A DNA stretch of 64,000 nt from the human T2T-CHM13v2.0 reference genome, Homo sapiens: the NCBI RefSeq assembly GCF_009914755.1, contig NC_060936.1; one strand, written 5' to 3'. The notes below the pieces were generated by a model, which searched no databases, had not been told where the DNA came from, and saw only the letters and a list, made by a program, of their open reading frames with translations. Below are positions 1-14,169 of the stretch, piece after piece (within the stretch, counting starts at the first letter, position 1; each line of letters starts with the position of its first letter). Position numbers and translations under genes: made by a program.

Positions 1-228
1 CGGATCATGAGGTCAGGAGTTTGAGACCAGCCTGGCCAACATGGTGAAACCCTGTCTCTACTAAAAATACAAAAATTAGCCAGGCGCGGTGGTGGGTGCC
101 TGTAATCCCAGCTACTCGGGAGGCTGAGGCTGAGGTAGAATTGCTTGAACCCGGGAGGCGGAGGTTGCAGTGAGCCAAGATCACACCGCTGCCCTCCAGC
201 CTAGGTGATAGAGAAAAAGAAAAACAAA
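1..228 (+). mobile_element. AluS (Sg-like), 5' end outside window
   Basis: Alu left-arm end, A5TACA6 linker, right arm, A-rich tail. Confidence 0.95.
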
Positions 229-229
229 A

Positions 230-885
230 GTCTTACCCAGGTTACTCTATAAATTCAATGCTGAGGTAATTTTGAAAAAGAACAGAAGTGCAGGATTGCC
301 ATATTAGATATGAAGAAATAATGCAAAGCCATAGTTATAAAGATAGTATTGTACTGGTATTGGGCCCAGCAAATAGGCTAATGGCAGTATAAGAGGGGAA
401 AGGATTGATTATTTAGAATAAGGTCTCCAGAGAGATGAACAACTAAACCGAGGAAAATATAGGAGAATATCTTCATGACCATGGAATGTGAAAGGATTTG
501 TCAAATGAAACAAAAAAGCACTAGGGGCAACATTAATGGATTTACCTACATCAAAATCAGAGATTTCTGTCAATTGAAAAACACCACAATGGATGAAATA
601 CTGGGGGTAATATTTGTAAACTAACAAGGAAAGTTCAAAAAATGCGATAGAAAAATGAGCACAGGGTATGGCTATTAAGTACAGGAAATATTCTCAAACT
701 CACTCTTACTCAGAAAAATACAAATTAATATGTGACTGCAAACAACTTCATACCACTGAACAAAAATGGAAAAACTAGATATTATCAACTGCTAGTGAAG
801 ATAAAGGGAGACTTGAAACTTTATGTACTCCTGGTGGATTGTAAACTGGAGACACCATTTTATAAAGCAATGTGGCAAAAATAAG
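230..885 (+). mobile_element. Ancient L1M ORF2 3' remnant
   Basis: Degenerate match to ORF2 segment encoding [13 protein letters not shown] (aaagccatagttataaagatagtattgtactggtat) and downstream ORF2 text. Confidence 0.7.
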
Positions 886-985
886 AATTTAGGTCTTTTT
901 CTACATACTGACAAATAGTTTTCCCAAAAGTACAGTGCCTTACGATGTCTGTTTCTATTGTTTCTATATTTCTTGTACTACTTAA

Positions 986-1297
<312 letters not shown>

Positions 1298-1524
1298 TCT
1301 ACTTAATGTATTTTAAGTTTACCAAAAATTATATTGTTATTTTCATTTAATTTTTAAATTTATAGCAGTGCTATATATTTTAAATTTGTTAATGAATAGA
1401 TTTTTTTAAAATTATCCCCTTTTCCCATATATCTTTTGGGAACTTTGTGTTTTCCCTTTATTGATTCACATGAGCTTTCATAAGAGTATTTTTATTTTGA
1501 TATATTTGCATGAAATGATTGGAT

Positions 1525-1920
1525 TGTTTTCAGTTGTGCTACAGTTAACAAAATGATCCTCAAATATCGGTTATTCAATGGCTGCTGTCTGGCGACAGCT
1601 CTTTTGAGATTTGCCAGGCTCTGCTCCATATCATTCTAAAATCCCAGCTCAGGGAGCAGCCCACTCTGGGACATACTTTCTTTGTGTAAAGGATAAAAAT
1701 CAAGTGAACAGGTGAAAACATAATGACTCTTAAAGCTTCTGCTCTTAACTGGCATTGTTATTCCTGCTCATACATCATTAGCCAAGGCAAGGAGGGGAAG
1801 CATGTTCCCCCTACAAGGAGGCAAGGCAAGTCACATGGCAATAGGCAGGGATAGGTCATCCTCTCACTGGGAATGGAGTAACGAATGATCAATGATCAAG
1901 GACAATAATACAACCTACTA
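1525..1920 (-). mobile_element. MaLR LTR (MLT1J/K/L-like)
   Basis: gctctgctcca...cattagccaaggcaag...agtcacatggc motifs typical of old MLT1. Confidence 0.55.
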
Positions 1921-2594
1921 TAGAGCTTATTTGCAGATGACTAATTTTTTAAAAAGAATTTAACTCCTTTTATTCCTACCCTTTAATGATGTAACAATGG
2001 AGTAAGAGCGTCTCAGGGGAAGGATATTTTAACAATAAGAATTAACCCTGGAAAGGTATCCTGTTGTAACTTTTGGAGTTTGCAGCCTGCGCTACCTTAA
2101 GTTGTTTAATCAAGTGGGGAATGTGGGAAGCCTGCTGGTTTGCCTGCTGGAGACTGTGAGGCTAGCTGGCTGTCTCTAGTAGTACTAGTAGTTAACAGCA
2201 CTTGAAAAAAAGAGCTGGGGTTTCATAGCCAAAAAAGAGTTTTGAAGGCTGAAGGGTTATACCAGTTTTGAGAAACACTGGCATTCTCATTCTTTCAGGG
2301 GGCACTGCTTTGGGAGAACATTCATGCGCCCAACAGGAACCAGATCAGAAAGTCAAGTCAGGGACATTTGGGTATAGGATTAAAAATTAAAAGAGTACAG
2401 CCTCAAGATACAAGCAGTCCCCTTTCCAGTCTCCACCTTTTCTGATTAATGAAGTTCTAATGTGAGTGAATCTGACCTCCTTACAATACTCTTGCACTCT
2501 CTCTCCAACAACTGAAAAAGCAGTTGTCACATAAAATCAGCCCAACCCTGAGCTCTAAGTTCACACATCAAACCTTGGTGTTTGAGGTGATTGT

Positions 2595-3450
2595 TTATTT
2601 CAATAAGTATTTATGGATGCATTCACATGCCAGCTCTGTGCTGGGTGCTGGGGACACGCAGATGAATAGAACCTGTGCCCTAACAAGCAGACATGAACAC
2701 AGAGAATTATCTTTCAGGACAGACTGATAGACACTACAAGACAGCCCAGAGCAAGGATGTGAATTCAGCCTGGAGGAGGGTGGGTCAAGTGAAATTTTGT
2801 AGAAAAGGGGACCTGCGACCTGGATCTTGATGAGGAGAAGTTTTCCAAGCACAGAGATAGCATGTACACAGGCATGGAGATGGAAAGAGAAGGGACGATA
2901 GAAAAGACCTCCATGTGGCCAGAGCAGAGAGGACATGGTGGAGGCAGGGGAAGTGGTGTAAGATGAGTCTGCAGAATCGGTGCCATGATGAAGAATATGA
3001 ATTTTTATTTTGTGGCCAGTGGGGAGACATTGAAAGCTTTTGTAAGTATACATACAGTACCAAAGCACAGAGATTCATGCTTCAGAAAATAGCTATTGAC
3101 AATTTAAAGATGAATTAAAGAAATAAGAGTTTGAAAGTTGTGAAACCAGTAGGAAGTTAATGCCATCATCCAGACAAAATTAGTGAGTCCTAGTGAAAGC
3201 AGTAACAGTGTAAGTAGAATGGAGGGTAACAGATTCAAGCTGTATTTCAGAGGAGAAATCGACATAGTTTGACAACAATTTGAAAGTGGTGGGTAATACA
3301 GGAATCAACAATGGCTGAGATTGCTGTGTCGGGTAGAAGAGGGAGAGATTACAAGAAGAGCAGGTTTGGAAGAGAGGGAGGAGGTGCTGGGGAAGATAAT
3401 ATCACTGTACCAGAAGAAGTCCTATTATAAGATGCCTGGGCTAGAACATT
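2595..3450 (-). mobile_element. L2 3' fragment
   Basis: ttcaataagtatttat...tgccagctctgtgctgggtgctgggga L2 3' end followed by purine-rich L2 body. Confidence 0.75.
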
Positions 3451-4371
3451 AAGCACCCAACAGTTTTTCAGTATACTATGTATTTTTCCATCTGTTGGTT
3501 GAATTTCAAGATGGACTAAAATTACATTAACATCACAGCATTTATGCTGAACTTGTGGGGTAATGACTGATATAGAGGTCCATCACTGGGCCACTAGGTG
3601 TCCCTTGTTGCATGCCAAAGGCTGCCCATCTCCTGACCCATACTATAATGAGTGTGCTGGGTTCTCTATGGAATATTTAAGTAACTTACTGTCCTGGTTG
3701 CTCCTGGGCTAGGTACACTGCTGGGACTACGAAAGCTGCAGCATCCCTTTTCTGACAACAGCTGCCTCTCCTTTCACCTCCTCCTCAGCTTTTCCCTGGG
3801 TGGCTGTTCTATATGCAGAGAGATAGCAAGCACTGGAGATAGGTGATGTTGCTGACTGCAAGGGGAGCAAACTGGTTTCTCTAGGCTTTTGTTTGTGCTG
3901 GCAGCTAAAGTTGTTAATTCACTCCTTGCTCTAATTAAAATTAGTTTGCCTGGTCCTGGGTCAAATTTTTCTTAGGAATAAACATTAATATCTTATGATG
4001 GAACTGACAGGTTTTCTTAATTGTTACTGGCACAGGCTGATCTCTGGTTTCCTTCTCTCCAGGATTTGGATTAGAAAAGTAACCATAGTTTGAAAATTCA
4101 AATCAAGAAACTAATTTCATTGTCCTTGGTCTGTTTTTTTCCCCCTAAGTTCATTTCTGGACACTTTCCAGAAAGAGGGCTGGTCCCTATTAGGCTTCAT
4201 CCTACAAATAGGGGTGTCCTGACATACCTGCAGAATCGCTCTATTGCCCCGGCTGGAGAAAAAAAAGTTGGAGGCAAGGGATTACAGAAGAAAACGCGGG
4301 AAAGGAGCATAAGAAGTAGGATAAGGAAGAATGAGATACATGGAAAAATCCACGCCAGCCCTGTTACTTAG

Positions 4372-4570
4372 GGATAGAAGCAGATTTATTTTCAGCTTCA
4401 GGCCCTCTCAGTTGCATGGTCTCCTTCCAAGTTCCTAAGAGGGGCCCTAGCAATGCATTGCCATCAATATATATTTTTGCAAAACTTTATTTGTATAGTA
4501 TATTTTTTTTTCTCAAAGAGGGTCTTCAAATTGTATAAGCTGTAGGCTCCACACAACCTGAATTTACTCT
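4372..4570. mobile_element. Short hAT-Tip100-like non-autonomous DNA transposon
   Basis: agcttcaggccc...ggggccctagcaatg...caaattgtataagctgtaggctccacacaacctg resembles this group; family name uncertain. Confidence 0.5.
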
Positions 4571-7500
4571 TAAAAAGAAGAGAAAGGGAAAAACTCCTAA
4601 TACGTAGGAGTTCTTTGAACTCCCTTTATGCTATATGTTAACTTTATCTGGCTCACTGACATTCTGCAATTCTAAATGCAGCTATTTTCAAAGTAGGGAA
4701 ATTTGGGGGCTGGGTGCAGAGGAGGAGGTGGGGGAGTGGGAGACAAATTTCAGCTGGACAATTTGATTGTGTAATTTGCATAATTCCAGATAAACAAATG
4801 ATGAAAGCAATGACTAATAGCTATTGTGATACTGCCTTAATTATTTCAAGCCAACAAAATGGTAATATGTCATTTGACGCTAGACTCTTTATGTTTGCTC
4901 TGTTTTGGATATATGTGTGAGCTTCAAAATTAGTCATCACAATATGCAAAACACTATTAAAAAAAAAAGAAAAAAGAAAAGACAAGGATGTGAGCATGAA
5001 TGTAAAAATGCATCAGGCTCCAACAGAAAATCAGATGAAAACTGGCAATAAGCCCAGGGCTTGTGGGGTTTTGGACTCTAGCTCAGTCACTCAAAATTGG
5101 CACTGAAGTGTCATTTTCCAGAGGCGTAATCGGAATGACCAGGTCTCCATAGCCTCTTCAGCTTTGTCAATTCTCTTCTGTTTATTATTAATTTGTCATG
5201 TTGTTTTCAAGCATTTCTACACAATCTTTTTGTTTGAAGTACATTTCCGTTCATTACCAGTTCTGCAGAACCCCCATGAGATATGATATCACCTTTATTG
5301 ACCTGGTCTTTCCATTGGTGACATGGAGACAGAATGAGATGAAGAAGCCTGCCTTAGGTCTCACATTCAATCAATACATGGGACAAAGCTCAGCAGTGGT
5401 TGGTAGCCTTGCTAGCCCTATAACTGTCTACTGGGACAACCTGCTTTCATGGTTTTTCTATAGTGTGTAAACATGTTTTTTTTTTTTTTTAACTACAAGT
5501 TATTTTTAAATAAAAGGACTAGGGAAAAATGTATTCTTAGCTGCCTCAAGTCTCTGAAAGGACTCACAAGGGCTATTTACTTGTGATAAAATACAAGTGC
5601 CTTGTGTGGATGAGATTGATGAGTAGTGTTCTCTAGACTTACCGCTGAACTCTGAGATTAAGTTTGTTCTGCCTTCATTGAGGATTTTTCTCCCTTTAGA
5701 AGCAAGCTGTTGTGCTTCCATCCAGGTCTTGGGCTGAGTTATGCTACTGGGACAGATGTGCTGCCCCTGTGGCATTTATTCTCTATGATTTTTTTTTTTG
5801 TGATCAGTACTGACATCACGGTACTGGGCAGCTCAGTAATGGATATCTTGGGGCTCGTTTTTTCCTGGAGACATCTGCTCTTCTACTTTTGCTGCATGGT
5901 TTGGTGTTGTTGTAAGTATGCTGTTCATTTGCATCAGCAGGGCTACCAATGCTCATCTTTTATTTGGACCATGAATATGTAGTGAAAGAGTCAGGTTTCA
6001 ATTAATTTAGATATTTCTAAAATTTCTGAACTGTGGCTGGCTGGGGAAGGGACTATGTCTAGGCTTATTTTCAGTGCAGAATATAAGCAACTCTGTGCTA
6101 TGAGGCTATATGAACATCTGCAAAATGGGCTCTTGATGGTTTTAAAAAACGTGCACTGTAATGGAACAGAAGCATAACATAACCCATTAACATTAGTGTC
6201 AGCATAACAGCCTCTGAATTGCATATTGGTGAGAAAATATTGATAGCAAAGTGTAAACAACTGCAAATGGGAAATGCAATAAAGCTCTCTTCATAGACTC
6301 CGTAATTTACAATTAAATAGGCTACATTGAAATGATATGAAGCAGAGGCATGCATATCCAAAGTAACGGGGAATTTAAATGAATGCTTGTACTTTCCCAT
6401 TGACCTATAAGCAGGTGAAAATAAAAAAGAAGGAAGTAAAATGAACTGAGTGGATTCTGTGCCCAGCATATGGCTAATTAGGGTACACATAATGTTGTTA
6501 ATCATAGTTTGGGATTGGATAAAACTTTCAGAGGTTAATATTCTATGTTCTGCAATTTAGTACTTTGCTGATGGCAATAAGACAATTTGTTGGAACATCT
6601 ACATCCCACGGAGAGGGAATATCCAATTGAAGGGGAATATGGAGCTGACAAGCTCCTCATGATGGCTAGGAGGGTAGTCGTTGTATGGAGGAGAAAGTTC
6701 CCAGCACCTGTTTTTTTATGGCATATGTTTTTTATGGCATATGACCATGGCAAAACTCGCACCTACTGCAGCGTGTTCTCAGGCATGGTTGCTAGCTGAT
6801 TGTAACATTTGTGGGAAGAAGCTTCCTCTTCCTGCACCCTAAGAAAACATTGTGATGCTTGTGACAGCAGTGTGTACTTTGGTCTCTGCAACAGGTTTCT
6901 GGACCACCTGTTATCCACTGTGACATCATAGGGCAACATCCCGGCAATAGCGAGTGAAACAGAACAGATTTTCCATTTCCTCTCTGGGAACGGTGCCCTT
7001 TGAAAAGAATAGGAAGACATTCTCAAGGTAGCAAGTAGAGGACTCAGAGTCATTTTACATTGCCTGTCCTAGGAGAAGTGGCCTGTTTTGGACCCCAAGC
7101 TTGTGAAACAGGGCATTTTGGATAGATCCATGTGTGAGACAGATTCTCATTCTAATTATGCTCCTTGTGGGCAACTGCATAGATAAGATCAGTCATAGGT
7201 TCTCTTCAAAGGATGAATGAAATGACCAGAACCATAGAGATTATTTTTGAAACCTTGAGGTTCTCAGCCTTAGTCTGGCACTTCAAGGATCCCCTATATG
7301 CTATTAATAATGTTTCCATTTTCTTTTTAGGGATCCTTGTACTACCAGACTGGGGCTGAGAGCCTTAAGGTTTGTAAATAAGCCCTGTGGTTCTGGCCAT
7401 TTTACTTGTCCTTTAGAGAGAACCACTAATGCCCTTCCAACCTCATAATGATTGCAGAGAGGAATATCAACAAGGAAATCTGCCTTCAACAGAAGAGAGA

Positions 7501-7881
7501 TTTGAGGAAAGAGAAGTTAAGAAAGGGAGTAAATATGGTGAGATCATATCTTGAAATATTAATTTTTGTGCTCTTCTTTGCTGCTCTTCAGAGTATGTGA
7601 CCATTTCCTGATCAGTTAGAACTATTCTCCTTCAGGAGAATTAGGATTGTGATAGCAGGCAGGCAAAAAGAAGGAAACAGCCATTGTTCTCTTTGTGACT
7701 TCCCAAATAGGTCCTCAAAATCCACATAAGAAACAGTAGTTTTGAAAGTCAAAGCTTTCTATTTTCAAGAGCCAAGTTCTGTAAAAGCTAAGAAAAGCAC
7801 CTTGAGATTCCACAGGAAAGACCTTGAAAGAAGCGTGACATATAGTTTAAACTAGAACAATAGGTAAGAAAGTGAAAATGG

Positions 7882-8653
<772 letters not shown>

Positions 8654-9665
8654 TCATTTTCCAGGGAAGATATTCCGTTGTCCAGTGCTTGTAGGTCATC
8701 TGGCAGAAGTGACACTCATCAGTGCCCTGACATTGCTGTGAACTATCCAGACTTCCCTGGTGGACATTCCCATTTTCAATGGTCCCGAAACAGAGGGAGG
8801 GTGTCCTCAACACTTTTATGGTGAAGTTATGCAAAAAGCAGCACATGAACTTGGCTGTGGGAAGCAAGAGTGGTTGAAACTCATTTCTGCTCTATAAAAA
8901 AGGGGTATCTCAACAAAACCAAATGATGAGCAGTAGATTTACTTCAGAAAGAGAATGGATTGTGTGAGCATAGCCTCCCTAACTAGGGGTTACCATGGTG
9001 ATTTTGAAACAATCCTTGATGTACCTGGTAATATATTAGGATTTGGCTCTCCAGTGAAGTTGAGGTGTTCTTTTTAAAGGAACATTTAAAATTACTATAA
9101 CTAGCAGAATTGAGTGTAAAGGAAGAAATACAAATGAAAATGCTGGCAATATTTCTGCATCCACCACCAAATTTTAAATGGCAGAACTGATTTTTTTTTT
9201 TAATGTGGTAAAATGGCTTTTAAGGGTAAATTTAACAATTTTTTTCAGACAACATGTAAGTTTTGACAAATTTTATAATGATAAAAACTTTAGAATGATT
9301 GTAACAGTCATACTTGCATGACTTTAATGTTAATAAGGTTATAAAATATCAAAGTATATGTTTTATGTAAAATACATCTGAAGAAAGTCAGAAAACCTCC
9401 CTAGGGGAGAGTTGGGGATTATTGAATCCTCCTCGGTGTTCATGTGTAGCCATTATGAATAGAGATGTCTTCAGCCAAAGCAGGAGATTTAATTTTTACA
9501 AAGAAGCAACCTTAGGAATGACACAGGTGGTAGTGATGCTGAACAGGAAAATAAAAATAGAATTCTCTGTACTTTGCGCCAAGTAAGCTGACATTGAGAT
9601 CAACAGCACTGTGCATTCTAAAGTATTGCTGGATCAGTTTCATATTGAAAATAAAATTACCCTAT

Positions 9666-10543
9666 TGTAAATCAAAAATAAAATTCTAAGCCCCCCAACC
9701 AACCGAATGGACCCCTCTTCTCGGTCAAGGGCATTTTAAAGTAAACCTGAAACACTAGTTCTGGTCATGATGGGAATGAGTGGTTGGATAGGATTCACTA
9801 TTATCTTCCTCCCTTTGGAATTCAGGCACAGCTGACCAGCGTTAACATTAAAACAAAAACTTTAAGACTTACGAAACAGACTCTTCATGGCAATAACATA
9901 CCAACGTGACAGATAGCAGGCTCTGAAAGAGATCGAAGTATTTTAGCTCAAAATGTATTTCTTTGACATATTTTGAAACGGCGTTGCAAAGCTGTCTCTT
10001 GTGGGGAAAGCCTACATGCTGGAGAAAATTCTCTTCCCTTTCCAGGTCTTTTTCCTGATCCAGGAGAGAATTAATAAAGAGTCTGGCACCTTTTAAAGTC
10101 TGACAAGAAACATTCTATTCTCTCTGAAGAATACATACATACAGTCTATTCTCTCTGAAGCCTTCATCTGCATAACAACAACCTTGGACCCCACAACCCC
10201 TATTTCAACTCAGACACTCCCTTGTACTGACTCTAGGTCTATAGATAAACTCTTTCAATCAATTACAAATCAGATAATCTTTGAATCCATCTAAGACTTG
10301 GAATCCACCCCCACCCCCGCTTCCAGTTGTTTCACTTTTCCTGACAGAACTAATGTGTATCTTATATGTATTGATTGTTATCTTATATCTCCCTAAAATG
10401 TATAAAACCAAGCTGTAGCCTGACCACCTTGGACACATGTTCTCAGGATCTCCCGGGGCTGTGTCATGGGCCATGATTACTCAGGTTTGGCTCAGAATAA
10501 ATCTCTTCAAATATTTTACAGAGTTTGCCTTCTTTTGTCAACA
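9666..10543 (+). mobile_element. MER4-family solo LTR (ERV1; MER4D-like)
   Basis: TG...CA ends, tgtaaatcaaaaataaaattctaagcccccc start, AATAAA near the end, 4-bp TSD ctat (9662-9665 / 10544-10547). Confidence 0.9.
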
Positions 10544-10924
10544 CTATTTTGAGAAATAGTCTTATTTAATGAGAATATAATTATTTTTATTGTGACTAGA
10601 ACAGCCATAATATGAGTGGCAGAGTATGTTAAGGAGCTGGATGGCATGGCCTAGTACTTAGTCTGGGAGTTCTCTGCTGCCCATTTTCCCTGTGCATGGT
10701 TTTCTCAGGTATATGCTGAGACAGTTATTTCAACTGAGTTTTGGCAGAACAGCCAATAAAAATAGTGTAACTCATTGAGCAGAACATAAATATTCTTAAA
10801 ACAAATCTGGGGAGAAGGTGAGGAAGGAGTAGTAACTGCTGATGTAAAGGGCTAAGCTGAAAACAATCAGAAAACTCCTATAATGTAATAGTTCTGCTTT
10901 TTCAAAAGCTTTATTTTTTTTTTC

Positions 10925-11073
10925 ACCAAATAAGATTATAGGATGCCAAGTTAAATTCAGATTTCAGAGAAGCAAAAAATGATTTTTAAAAAAGTATTAG
11001 TACATCCCATTTAATATTTGGGGCCTACTTATATGAAGATATAAGGCACCTTGTATTTTATCTGGCAACTCTA
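10925..11073. mobile_element. MER53 palindromic MITE
   Basis: agttaaattcagatttcaga ... tgtatttttatctggcaactcta terminal repeat. Confidence 0.7.
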
Positions 11074-11732
11074 AATAGGTAGTCACACCTATGAGGTGAG
11101 TCTTGAGCAGGCCCTCAAGGAAAGTTTCTATGAATAAAATGCTATTTTTTTCCCCCTGACTACTCTAAAGCCTGATATTCCACTACAAAATCATTCCTTT
11201 GAGTTAAGGCACTATCCAAGAGGTCTTTTAAAAATGCAAACATATCACATGATAGCATTATTTTATCTTAGTTTACCAGGGACTCATGCTATGAGACCCC
11301 AGTTTTTCACTGCCCCGATAACCACAGAGAAAGACTTTTGTGACCTGTGGGCTTAGCTCTATCCATTCATTAGCTAGTCCTGAACAAGGTAGACAATGCT
11401 CTTAAAGTCTCAGAATGACCACCAGGGGGTTCTGAAATATTTTTGTGGTTATGGTTTCTACTCTTAGGATGACTTGGCTTTTTATTATAGCAGTTTTGTG
11501 CCTCTGAAGCTGCAATCTTCATTCACTCGTATCTGTTGAGTCCCTCTATGCCTGGCACTATGCCAAGTATTTCAGATAAGAAGACTAAAAATAATGATTC
11601 TCATCTTTAATGAGTTTACAGTCATAAATATCAATACAACATGACATGCTATAATGTAGGTAGTACAGTAGAAGGAGGTTCTGGGTGCCAAGGGAGTATG
11701 TAAGATAAACCTTCAAATTAGAGTGGGGGTAT

Positions 11733-12432
11733 TGTTACAGGTAGTTAGGCTTGCCTGGGGCAGGAGAGGGCTTTCCCCTACCCACTAGAAATGACAGGTG
11801 ATGGTTTGGCAATTATCACATTCCTCTTTTAGAGTGATAAATTGGCAGCTGGTGCCAGGGAGAGGCTAGTTCCTGATGGTCCACACCTGTTAATATTAAA
11901 GTGTTAATTAAAGGTAGGCCCCAGGGAGAAGAAATTTCCTGGGCATGCACATTAAGAGACAAAAATGGCAAAGTATGATCTTCTGGGTATGCTCCACCAG
12001 AAAAAAAAAAAAAAGAAATCTTCAGATGGGCATGCATACAATTTCCTAAACACACCGTGCCTGCTCAATTCTGAAGGGTAAAAAGGACACTGCATATGTG
12101 GGAAGCCTACCATAAAGGAAGAGTCATGGGAAAGAGGTAAGCCTGTAAAGTCCCAGGATCAAGGTTAAAGGCTCTTTTCTCTCTCTTTGACCTTCAGGTG
12201 CTCACTTGGATCTCTTCCATGGGTTCCTTTTTTTCTTTCCTATTCTAAAGTCTTTTTAATAAACCTCCACTTCTGCTCTGGAACGTGCCTTGGTCTCTTT
12301 TTGGCTTTATGCCTCTCAGTTGAATACCTTCTTCTAAGGAGGCAAGGGCTGAAGCTGCTGCAGACCTGCATGGATACACTTGGGGTAACTTGGGGTGACT
12401 TGGGGTAACTTGGATCTTTTCCACCCTAATAG
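11733..12432 (+). mobile_element. ERV1 solo LTR (LTR27/MER61-group-like)
   Basis: tgttacaggtagttaggc...ggcaggagagggc start, aataaa at about 12258, short ttggggtaac repeats in U5. Confidence 0.75.
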
Positions 12433-13222
12433 TGATATGAACAGGAGACAGGGAAATACCGGGTAGAAGAGGGTGGCCCCCTGCAAAGGTCTCACCCTCA
12501 AGCCTGGGTACCCGTGGCACTAAATGAGAACAGACATTCCTGTTTTCATGCCCAAAAAGTTGCCTTTTGGCCCACCATGGCCCCTACCCTGCACCCATAT
12601 AAACCCCCAAACCCCAGGCTCCAGCAGCAGACCAGCAGACTAGCAGACCAGCAGATGGATGGCAGAATGACATGGCAGAGACAAAGAGAAGATGAGGAAC
12701 ATCTGGACGCCAAGAGGAGTTCAGTAGGGGACAGTCAGGGAAGAGTCCGGCTGCTGGGCGGCCAGACTCAAGGGGAAGGTCATCTTCCCACTCCACTCCC
12801 CTTTCCAGCTCCCCATCCATCTCACCGAGAGCCACCTCACCACTCAATAAAACCTTGCATTCATCCTCAAGCCCGTGTGTGACCTGATTTTTCTGGGATG
12901 CTGGGGAAGAACTTGGGATACAGAAAACTGTCACACTGGCCCTCTGCCCTTGTGAAAAGGCAGAGGGTCCACTAAGCTGATTAACACTCAAGCTGTCTGT
13001 GGACAGCAAAGCTGAAAGAGCTTTGTAGCACTGGGGTTGCAGGCACCCACCCCTAGACACTACTGTGGGGCTGAGAGCCCAAAGCACTCATCCTGGCCTC
13101 TGCACCTGCCGACCTGCATGCTCCCTATCCCACTAGGGATTTGAGCAGTGGGGTGACCAAACAAATGAACCACATCCCTGTCACACATCTTGTGACAAGG
13201 ATCAGGGAACTCTCCCATTTCA
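12433..13222 (+). mobile_element. LTR1-family solo LTR
   Basis: tgatatgaacaggagacagggaaatac start, tataaa, aataaa, ends tttca. Confidence 0.85.
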
Positions 13223-14169
13223 ACGGTGTTAGGAAAGACTTTTGGAGAAAGTGAAGCTTTAATAGAGTTTCAATGGCAATTAGGAACTGGCCAGATGAGA
13301 GGAGTAGGAGGAAGGAGGGAAAGGCCTTCTAAGAAGGGATTTGTTCATTCAGGGAAACAAAAGGGAGAGAGCATTCTGTTTTCTGAGAATTATGAGTATG
13401 ATTATGCTTAGATCTAGGATGTCTGTTAGATTTGGGGTACAGGGTGGTGAGAGGTAATGCTGGAGTAGCAGGAGCAGATTATGAGGATGTCTCTGGCATG
13501 CTGAGAATTCTTTACCTGCATTTCCCATATTAAACGGACTAAGTAGGCCTCTGTCTCAGTTTCCCTTTCAGCCATTGGGCCATTTTTATAGGGCTAGAGT
13601 ATTGTTCTGACCCCTTTGGCAGGAGTCAGGTATCATCCTGCTTGGTTCTTTTTAGTCTCTCCTTGGTCATGATGGTAGTGATGGCTATGATGTGTGTATG
13701 TATAACTAGAGGGTTAGGGATGAGCTAGATCTTATTTCTTGAATTACTGGATTGGGTCCAGATGACAATATAGTATAAGAAACCCAACACCATGCCCCAA
13801 ATACGTTTCAAGTGTTTTTACTAGTTTACTTCTGCCACCATGTTCAATTACCAGATTGAACCTTCTTTGTTACAGATGATGAATTTATCAAAACTTAAGT
13901 TTATCACCCACTTTTGTAACTATAGATTGGAAAGATGAACACTGCTTTTAAGGAGTGGGCCAGGTTCCTAGTGCCAGTAGTTCAAGGTTCTAATTTTACT
14001 AGCAACTGTTCACCTATGGCATCTTGTCATGCCTCAAAGATGAGTTTCTGGAATGATAGCTCAATCAGGAGAGAAACAGTGAGGAGAGGAGGAATTCATT
14101 GCTTCTAGGGAGGACACCACAGAAGAGGTTGACTTTTTAGGGGCCACGGTAGGACTCACAGTGGGTCAG

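Larger units (their letters stand above)
11520..13510 (-). mobile_element. L2 fragment interrupted by two LTRs
   Basis: L2 3' end at 11520-11730; purine-rich L2 body resumes about 13225. Confidence 0.55.
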
